Below, piece by piece: positions 7,736 through 14,031 of a DNA stretch of 14,031 nucleotides. Positions within the stretch are counted from its first letter, which is position 1; the number at the start of each line of letters is the position of its first letter. The DNA lies in NCBI GenBank assembly GCA_011364925.1, contig RDOA01000067.1:1-14031 (forward strand), written 5' to 3'. Both the position numbers and the translations under genes were made by a program. The notes beneath the pieces are model-generated. The model did no database searches. It was not told where the DNA came from and was given only the letters and a program-made list of their open reading frames with translations. This stretch comes from Promethearchaeota archaeon (GTDB lineage Archaea; Asgardarchaeota; Lokiarchaeia; Sigyniarchaeales; SOKP01).

Positions 7736-8110
7736 CTATTCAAGTCCTATTTTTGCGGTGTATTTAACTAAAAGGAAGATAACAAACGCCACAATAATGA
7801 ACGTTATCAAATCTCCTATAAACGCACCAACTCTAAATGGTCCTACAACAAATGCCTCCCACTGGAATCCTGTAGGTGTAAAAAATTGAACAATAGGCAT
7901 AATTAAATTATCTACAAGCGATTTAACTAATGCACCGAGATATACGCCCATTATGAAAGCAACAGCAAGGCCTAGTACTTTATATTTCTTAATGAAATCT
8001 TTAAACTCCATCAATAAGTTTTTCTTTTTCTCTGGTTCCGGTGGAGGTGATGTGGGTGCTAATGCCTCTCTTATCTTTTTTAATTCTTCCAAAATTTCCA
8101 TATCTGACAT
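7736..8110 (-). CDS. mscL: Large-conductance mechanosensitive channel MscL family protein
   Basis: EFKDFI..YKVLGLAVAFIMG..LVKSLVDNLIMPIV (S1 and TM1) and GAFIGDLITFIIVAFVIFLLVK (TM2) match MscL signatures. Confidence 0.92.
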   Translation of the reverse strand: MSDMEILEELKKIREALAPTSPPPEPEKKKNLLMEFKDFIKKYKVLGLAVAFIMGVYLGALVKSLVDNLIMPIVQFFTPTGFQWEAFVVGPFRVGAFIGDLITFIIVAFVIFLLVKYTAKIGLE

Positions 8111-8320
8111 TTATTTTCACTTTTCTTTTTTAATGTGGATTTTATTTTTTGACATCCTTTAAAGGAATAATGTTAAATTTCTTTTTTTCTACTTAAATAT
8201 TTTTTCTATTTTTTACGAAAAAAGCTAATTTACTCTACAATTCCATTTTTATCTTGATTCAACACAAGTTCGAACTATAATTAAACTTCGAATTTTAACA
8301 CTATAAATACTTTAAAGGCT

Positions 8321-8334
8321 ATTTATATATAAAT
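8321..8334 (+). promoter_or_regulatory. Putative TATA element upstream of the MBL hydrolase
   Basis: Palindromic ATTTATATATAAAT, 28-41 nt before ATG 8362. Confidence 0.45.
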
Positions 8335-8361
8335 TGATAAATTACTAGTTCAGTATTATCT

Positions 8362-9213
8362 ATGATCGAAAAAGAAAAACCTATAAAATTAGATTTTAAA
8401 TCAATTTATTTTGATCTTTATGAATTGAGTCCAGGAATATTTGCGGTAATATCTGCGGAAAAATTACCTACTTCAAACGCTGGATTTTTTGATCTAGGGA
8501 ATTATTCAATAATATTCGATACGCTTATGGATCCTTTTTCTACTATTGATCTCATCAAGGCATCAAAACAATTTACAAACAAGGATCCTTCTTTCGTAAT
8601 AATTAGTCACTATCATCTGGATCATGTTTTCGGAACCCGCAAATTTCCTATGAATATTCCTATTATAAGCAGTTATGAAACGCTATTAGAAACACAAGAA
8701 ACTTTAAAAACACGATTTCAAGATTTTAAAAAAAGAGCTCCACAAGAACTTAAAAGAACAGAAGAAGCATTACTTAAAGAAGAAAATCCAGACAAAATAC
8801 TCGAATTAAAGAATGATATAAATACCTGGAACGAAATTAAGGATCCCTCTTTCACTTTGAGACTTCCAGATTTCTGCATTAAAAATTCAATTACAATTAA
8901 CGGCTCCAAAAACCAAGTTCAAATATTATACATAGGAGCGGCTCACTCAAAAGGAGATATAATTGCTCTATTCGAGAAAGAAAGAATTTGTTTTATGGGA
9001 GACTTATTATTTGAGCTGACTGACCCCAGTTGGGCTGATCCTACAAGTGATATACCAAAACCCCCAAACCCTGAACATTTTCGTGATACATTATTAGAAT
9101 ATGCTGAAAAAGACATCGAAATCTATGTCCCTGGACACGGAAATCTCTGCACAAAAAAAGAAATGCGAGAAAATGCTGAATTCTACGATAAATACTATAT
9201 TAAAAGAAGCTAA
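8362..9213 (+). CDS. Metallo-beta-lactamase fold hydrolase
   Basis: SNAG..IIFDT, SHYHLDH, AHSKGD, FMGDL and VPGHG give a complete metal-ligand set. Confidence 0.92.
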   Translation: MIEKEKPIKLDFKSIYFDLYELSPGIFAVISAEKLPTSNAGFFDLGNYSIIFDTLMDPFSTIDLIKASKQFTNKDPSFVIISHYHLDHVFGTRKFPMNIPIISSYETLLETQETLKTRFQDFKKRAPQELKRTEEALLKEENPDKILELKNDINTWNEIKDPSFTLRLPDFCIKNSITINGSKNQVQILYIGAAHSKGDIIALFEKERICFMGDLLFELTDPSWADPTSDIPKPPNPEHFRDTLLEYAEKDIEIYVPGHGNLCTKKEMRENAEFYDKYYIKRS

Positions 9214-9214
9214 A

Positions 9215-9255
9215 AAATTATTTTAGTCAAAAATTATTTAATTCCTAAATTATTT
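9215..9255 (+). repeat. Three AAATTATTT direct repeats at 16-nt period upstream of the MoxR gene
   Basis: Copies start at 9215, 9231 and 9247. Confidence 0.6.
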
Positions 9256-9264
9256 CATTTAATT

Positions 9265-10119
9265 ATGAGTAAAGATGGATTTAACAAGTTTAAAGGAGAC
9301 GTGAACACAGATAGGATCAAATACATTGCCGATCCTCAACTGAGAAATATTGTTAATGTTTCTATTGCCTTAGCGCGACCTCTTTTGGTAAAGGGAGAGC
9401 CAGGCACGGGAAAAACTCTTCTTTCTCACGCGATTGCTGAAGCTTTGGGAAAAAGATTAATTGTATGGAATATAAAGAGCACCACAGAAGCGATAGATGG
9501 GTGTTACATGTACGATACAGTCCAAAGATTGAACGACAGCCGTTTTGGGTGCGAAGATCGCAATGTCGACAACATTAAAGATTACATTACTCTTGGACCT
9601 TTAGGCGAAGCGTTTGATTCTGAAGAACAAGTCGTGCTCCTCATCGACGAGATCGATAAAGCCGATATCGAATTCCCTAACGATCTTTTACAAGAATTAG
9701 ATGTTATGGAGTTTTATATTAAAGAAACCAAGGAATTTATTAAAGCGAAGACTCGACCAATCGTTATCATAACCTCCAACAATGAAAAGGAGCTTCCCGA
9801 TGCGTTTCTACGGAGGTGTATTTTCCATTGGATAGAATTTCCCTCAAAAGAGTTCATGGCAGACATATGCAATCTTCACTACCCTGATTTGAAGCAAAAT
9901 CTTTTAGAACAATGCTTAAAACACTTCTACGCGTTAAGAGCAGTAACCAAGTTAAGAAAAATGCCATCAACATCGGAACTTCTCGATTGGATTGGAGTTT
10001 TATTAAAGAGTGGAATTACTTTGGACGAACTAAAAAATGGAATACCATTTCTAGGCGTTCTTCTAAAGAAGGAAAAAGATTTAGAGGTTGCTCTCGAAAA
10101 AATCAAATTTCCTACGTAA
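9265..10119 (+). CDS. MoxR-family AAA+ ATPase
   Basis: Walker A GEPGTGKT, Walker B LLIDEIDKAD, FPNDLLQELD, and ITSNNEKELPDAFLRRC (sensor I and Arg finger). Confidence 0.95.
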   Translation: MSKDGFNKFKGDVNTDRIKYIADPQLRNIVNVSIALARPLLVKGEPGTGKTLLSHAIAEALGKRLIVWNIKSTTEAIDGCYMYDTVQRLNDSRFGCEDRNVDNIKDYITLGPLGEAFDSEEQVVLLIDEIDKADIEFPNDLLQELDVMEFYIKETKEFIKAKTRPIVIITSNNEKELPDAFLRRCIFHWIEFPSKEFMADICNLHYPDLKQNLLEQCLKHFYALRAVTKLRKMPSTSELLDWIGVLLKSGITLDELKNGIPFLGVLLKKEKDLEVALEKIKFPT

Positions 10120-10307
10120 TAATTCTCTAATTTTGACTATTTCTTCAAAATCCTAAAATGTTCTAAATTAATCTCAAATATTTTATTTTCAAACGTCTCT
10201 CTTCATTTTCAAAATATAAACGGGAGATTTATTAGCTTTAGATTATCTCTATGAATTGCGCGACTTTATATTAAAAATTTATTCAAATTTTATTTTAATC
10301 TAAAAGA

Positions 10308-10314
10308 GAGGTGA
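10308..10314 (+). promoter_or_regulatory. Shine-Dalgarno GAGGTGA for the DsrE-family gene
   Basis: GAGGTGA, 6-nt spacer, then ATA AGC GAA at 10321. Confidence 0.7.
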
Positions 10315-10320
10315 GAAATC

Positions 10321-10686
10321 ATAAGCGAAAAAGAAAAATACATTTTATATGTTCAAACCAGTGATGAACCAGAAAGACAATATTCGCCATTAGTGTTAGC
10401 TCAAACAGCAAAGGCTATGGATCTCAAAGCAACTGTTTATTATTTGGGTACCGGATTAAGAATTTTAAGACCGGGTGAGGCTGAGAGAATTAAATTAGGT
10501 AATTTTCCTACGGTAAAAGAAATGATTGATAAAACGCTTGAAGCAGGAGTTGAAATTCTCGTTTGCGAAGCTTCTAAGAGGATGTTGGGTTGGGAAAAAG
10601 TTGATTTAATTCCGGGAGTAAAAATTGTTGGGGCAGCAACCTTAAATGATTTAGTGCTAGAAGCGGATGCTACGCAGTGGTTCTGA
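10321..10686 (+). CDS. DsrE/DsrF-like family protein (121 aa if started at ATA 10321)
   Basis: The frame extends 24 codons upstream of the tracked GTG 10393 (SEKEKYILYVQTSDEPERQYSPLV), supplying the expected first strand and helix. Also TVYYLGTG, GVEILVCEAS (conserved Cys) and IVGAATLNDL. Confidence 0.85.
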   Translation: MSEKEKYILYVQTSDEPERQYSPLVLAQTAKAMDLKATVYYLGTGLRILRPGEAERIKLGNFPTVKEMIDKTLEAGVEILVCEASKRMLGWEKVDLIPGVKIVGAATLNDLVLEADATQWF

Positions 10687-10723
10687 TTTAGATTTCTGTC
10701 TGTTGTTTATCGATTTCAATATA

Positions 10724-11146
10724 TTAATGTGAGGTTTCAATTGTAGGGTCTATTCTTTTTATATCCATTACTTTATCAAAATCTGCATCGTGAGAATAAA
10801 TCTCTTTTACGTTATTTTCTAGCATGCTAGCAGCAATCAAGGAATCTCGACCTCCAATTTTATATTGATTTGCAATTTCAAAAGCGTACAGAATAGTTGA
10901 AGTGGAAATATTATAAATAATCACATTCTCCGAATCTAAAATGGCAATTAGACGGCGTTGGACCTCAGTAGGTAAAAATTTATATTTGTAAACTAAAGCA
11001 TGGTAACTTTCCATAAATACAATACTTGGAATTCCTACAATTTCTTTTGCAACTGCAATTCTTTCAAGTAGCTCCTTGCAAGGTTCATGCTCAGCTAAGT
11101 CACTGTTTAAAGCGTATACTATTACATTTGAGTCTATTCCCCTCAT
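10724..11146 (-). CDS. vapC: PIN-domain VapC-family toxin (ribonuclease)
   Basis: IDSNVIVY, VFMES, GRDSLIAA and IYSHDADFD carry the PIN acidic residues. ATG 11146 overlaps the upstream gene's TGA (ATGA), so it is preferred over 11155. Confidence 0.92.
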   Translation of the reverse strand: MRGIDSNVIVYALNSDLAEHEPCKELLERIAVAKEIVGIPSIVFMESYHALVYKYKFLPTEVQRRLIAILDSENVIIYNISTSTILYAFEIANQYKIGGRDSLIAASMLENNVKEIYSHDADFDKVMDIKRIDPTIETSH

Positions 11147-11373
11147 ATCTTCCACATACTTTTAGTCGCTTTAATTGCATCTATTTCTTTTTCTCCACCT
11201 GATAATGGTGCTTCTAAGATTTTTAATAATTGTTCTCTTTCTTGATTCTTTTTTCTAAACTCGTGACAAAGTATTAAATAATCACCGATTTTCATATTCA
11301 AATTAGCAGCTTCCCTTTTGATTTCCCACCATTTGGGTTTTTGTGCGTCATCAATTATAATATTTGTTCTCAT
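11143..11373 (-). CDS. Putative VapB-type antitoxin with ribbon-helix-helix-like N-terminus (76 aa)
   Basis: MRTNIIIDD beta-ribbon-like start, small size, directly upstream of and coupled to vapC. ATG 11373 has a TTTAAA box 25-30 nt upstream, so it is preferred over 11418. Confidence 0.75.
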   Translation of the reverse strand: MRTNIIIDDAQKPKWWEIKREAANLNMKIGDYLILCHEFRKKNQEREQLLKILEAPLSGGEKEIDAIKATKSMWKI

Positions 11374-11403
11374 ATATGTAAATATGTAATACATACATTT
11401 AAA
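11371..11403 (-). promoter_or_regulatory. Toxin-antitoxin promoter/operator
   Basis: TTTAAA (11398-11403), inverted repeat TATGTA-A-TACATA (11383-11395), extra TATGTA (11375-11380), and CATATATG palindrome over the start codon. Confidence 0.6.
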
Positions 11404-11563
11404 ATTTTGCAATTTCATCAGAACATCCTCTCTTTTCTTAAATTATATTGCTTTAACTTACTCGAAAATGTTATATCTAGGAGATTTTTAAAAGGAGTTA
11501 ATCTTAGATTTTACCTTTTTTTCAAAATGGATATATTTAAAATCCAAAACCAGGATTAAAAAA

Positions 11564-11980
11564 TTAATCATCATCAATGGTAGTAAGATAAATGAGAAAG
11601 CATTTTTTTGGTACACGTTTCCATGATTTACTTTGAATAAATATAAGGTAATTTTTCATGATATTTTGTGCTGGAACAAAAGGTTTCTTTGCAGATATAA
11701 CCGTATCGGGTGTACCTACAAGAACTCGAGCCTCTTCATCAATAAAAGCTTTTTTTTTGTGTTTATCAATAGCAATTATCTTCTTCTTTAAAGAAATTAC
11801 TTCTCCCTTCTTTTTTTCACTTATCGTAAGTTGATAGTAAGCACGCCCGTATTTAAATTCATATCCCTCATTTTCCACAATTTCCTTAATCGATAACTTA
11901 TTATCTTTCTCAATTTCAAAAAGATGATAGTTAATTGGGATTATAGTATCTAATATTGCTTTCAATTCTTCTCTTTCCAT
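11564..11980 (-). CDS. Hypothetical 138-aa protein, resembling a domain recalled from the C-terminus of some VWA proteins
   Basis: GRAYYQLT..E.I..KKIIAIDK..EARVLVGTP..YLIFIQSKS.KR pattern. Coupled to the upstream gene by a TAATG overlap at 11978-11982. Confidence 0.6.
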   Translation of the reverse strand: MEREELKAILDTIIPINYHLFEIEKDNKLSIKEIVENEGYEFKYGRAYYQLTISEKKKGEVISLKKKIIAIDKHKKKAFIDEEARVLVGTPDTVISAKKPFVPAQNIMKNYLIFIQSKSWKRVPKKCFLIYLTTIDDD

Positions 11981-13383
11981 TATTCATTCTCCTTTTTATT
12001 ATTGTCTTTTTTTTTAGATTTAAGTTCTATTAGCTGTTTATCGAGTTTTGTGTAGAATTCATTGAGTACCTTATCAAGGTTCGTATCTTTAACCACATCA
12101 TAAAAATTAGGAAATTCCTCAGAATCTAAATAAAAATCCAAGTCTTCAGGAGGGATATCCTTTAGATTTTCTAACATCTTTAAGAATAATCGTTCAAATC
12201 GTGGAAAGCAATAATCCATTAAAGGAGTGCCTTTCACCCCATACATTAGATGGTATAACTCGTAAGATTCAACACGATTGTCAGCCTCAATATTAGTCAA
12301 AATATGGGATAAAAGTGGTTTTATTCGGGAAGAGTACCCATTAATAAGAGAAGGTGGTTTTAACATGATTAAAAGGTCTCCTAAGCTATCGCTGTCTGGT
12401 CTTTGTTCTATTGAAGCTAATATCGGCTCAATCGTTTCCTTGAGAAGAGGAGAGTCCGCGATTTTTGAATCAAGGATTTGCTCAAAGTCAAGTTTAATTA
12501 TGTATAGGAACCTACTTAAACTTTCAAGACGTCTTGTTAATGGTGAGAGTTCTTTAATGCGAATTAAAAAATCTTCGAAGTGTTCGCTTACGAGTTTTGG
12601 ATTATATTTAATTGCTTGAGCTAATTCTAAAAATAACCTAGTATTTCTGGTCGCTTGGAATAAAGAGGAATACCACATATTCGCTTGAGTTAAAAACAGA
12701 TCCGCGAATTTAGTATCTTTCATCGCAAAAATGATACCCGTATATAATGTTAATTTCTTACTAATATCCATCTCGGTCTCCAAGGTTTTAAATCCCTTCA
12801 AAAAGATTTGTTCAACTTGCTGTAAGTAGGACTCCATTAAACCCACCTCCTGGATAGTTCTAACTATTGACCATAATCGTAGCATTTTGAAAAAGCTAAT
12901 GGGAGGTTGTTCTATTTCCTTTAAACTTTCTATAATAATCGTTTTGATATGTGAAGAGAATCTCTCAATCAAATAGGTATCTTTGGTTCCGGAAATTAGC
13001 TCATGAAAGTTTGCATCTCTATGTTGGTAGATTAGACTATATAAGGCAGCATCCTTATCTGGTATAGTAGATGTTGCTATAGCATTTACTTTATCTCGAT
13101 CATAAGATAGTATTGAATCAAGCGTGTCCGAAAATACTGATTCGATTGGAGTTTTATATATCTTCATAAGCTCGGTTTGCTTTATGGTTGCTATTAACTT
13201 TTTAAATACTGAGGCCTTTAATCCCGCCTCGTTTATTTGCTTTATTTTATTAATATTCTCTTCCCATGAAAGCCCATGCAATTCGTCTATATTCACGACT
13301 CGAGGTACAATATACATAGAACTTAATTCATTAAGGTATTGGGTAAGTAATTGTTTATGTTCGGAATTCAAACCACATTTCAC
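11980..13383 (-). CDS. Hypothetical alpha-helical repeat (solenoid-like) protein, 467 aa
   Basis: Long ORF with GTG start and degenerate helical repeats containing hydrophobic-K-(D/G/Q)-T-x-L. Confidence 0.7.
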   Translation of the reverse strand: MKCGLNSEHKQLLTQYLNELSSMYIVPRVVNIDELHGLSWEENINKIKQINEAGLKASVFKKLIATIKQTELMKIYKTPIESVFSDTLDSILSYDRDKVNAIATSTIPDKDAALYSLIYQHRDANFHELISGTKDTYLIERFSSHIKTIIIESLKEIEQPPISFFKMLRLWSIVRTIQEVGLMESYLQQVEQIFLKGFKTLETEMDISKKLTLYTGIIFAMKDTKFADLFLTQANMWYSSLFQATRNTRLFLELAQAIKYNPKLVSEHFEDFLIRIKELSPLTRRLESLSRFLYIIKLDFEQILDSKIADSPLLKETIEPILASIEQRPDSDSLGDLLIMLKPPSLINGYSSRIKPLLSHILTNIEADNRVESYELYHLMYGVKGTPLMDYCFPRFERLFLKMLENLKDIPPEDLDFYLDSEEFPNFYDVVKDTNLDKVLNEFYTKLDKQLIELKSKKKDNNKKENE

Positions 13384-13547
13384 TTTTTTTGTCTTAGGAT
13401 AGCTAGTAATATGAAATAAAGGTATAAATAAATTAACCTATCATTATTTTCAAATATAAAAAAAAAATAGGACTTTTCCAAAAAGCTAATATTGTTATAT
13501 TAATTCTATTCTAGTACAGAGAACTGAACTGAGTAATAATTAACTAA

Positions 13548-14031
13548 ATGTTTGTTGAATATTTCTACTACCTTAAGGAACGATTACCGGTAAGTATTAC
13601 AGAATATATGGCTTTACTTGAAGCGTTAGATAGAGGACTCATTCGCAATATGGTCGAGTTTTACTACGTTTCCCGCTCGATTCTCTGTAAAAACGAACAT
13701 CATTTTGATGTGTACGATATTGCATTTGCTAACTTTTTCAAGGATGCGATCATCAAATTTCCCGACGACATTAAACAAGAAATCTGGGACTGGTTAAATA
13801 AAGATATTACGATTCCCGAACTTCTCGAAGGATTGAAAATTTTATTGAAAGAATACCAACAGTACTTGAATATCGAAGACCTCCAAGAATTCCTCGAAGA
13901 ATTACTGCTTAAACTCAATAAGGACCTTCAAGGAAACTTATCAATAAACGCGCCTCAAGAGGTTAAAGATGAAATCTGGGATTGGCTTAAGAAAAATATG
14001 GATTTACTTAACGCAAATGCCAACGCACAAG
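13548..14031 (+). CDS. N-terminal part of a probable MoxR-associated VWA-domain family protein (COG3825-like), 3'-truncated
   Basis: Open frame from ATG 13548 to the window end, absent from the ORF track: MFVEYFYYLKERLPVSITEYMALLEALDRGL..EFYYVSRSILCKNEHHFDVYDIAF. This matches the recalled N-terminus of that family. The VWA domain itself would lie beyond the window. Confidence 0.8.
   Translation, partial: MFVEYFYYLKERLPVSITEYMALLEALDRGLIRNMVEFYYVSRSILCKNEHHFDVYDIAFANFFKDAIIKFPDDIKQEIWDWLNKDITIPELLEGLKILLKEYQQYLNIEDLQEFLEELLLKLNKDLQGNLSINAPQEVKDEIWDWLKKNMDLLNANANAQ

Noticed and set aside
5441-10130. ORFs 5441-5668, 6640-6855, 7953-8162, 8718-8909 and 9912-10130
   Set aside because: Antisense or out-of-frame overlaps with better-supported genes.
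11341-13918. ORFs 11341-11559, 12278-12619, 13124-13402 and 13700-13918
   Set aside because: Low-complexity or antisense shadows; 13700-13918 lies opposite the VWA-family frame starting at 13548.
1-14031. CRISPR array, tRNA/rRNA, IS element or prophage
   Set aside because: No regularly spaced repeat-spacer units, structured GC-rich RNA genes, transposase, integrase or virion genes were seen.

Overview
AT-rich, gene-dense window that looks archaeal (GGAGGT/GAGGTGA Shine-Dalgarno motifs, TTTAAA/TTTATA boxes about 25-35 nt before starts, archaeal-type MscL). It is most consistent with an Asgard/Lokiarchaeia-like genome, which is my inference and not a database result. The standout is a four-gene minus-strand unit (676-3699): a radical SAM/SPASM enzyme, two tandem paralogous single-TM microproteins (84 and 78 aa, 35/78 ungapped identity, conserved N-terminal QLxKxGxELGL and C-terminal NxYPxGxxYSTVKxKDF motifs), and a translationally coupled class I methyltransferase-TPR protein. 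This is a candidate RiPP-like or membrane-microprotein modification system. The rest comprises a 5'-truncated alpha/beta hydrolase, two MBL-fold hydrolases, a membrane-anchored beta-rich surface protein, two membrane proteins, an MscL whose cytoplasmic helix appears to sit at the N-terminus, a MoxR AAA+ ATPase, a DsrE protein that appears to start at ATA, a VapBC-type toxin-antitoxin pair with a palindromic operator, a coupled pair of hypothetical genes, and the 3'-truncated start of a probable MoxR-partner VWA-family gene missed by the ORF track. No rRNA, tRNA, CRISPR array or transposase was seen. Family resemblances are from recalled motifs, not searches.
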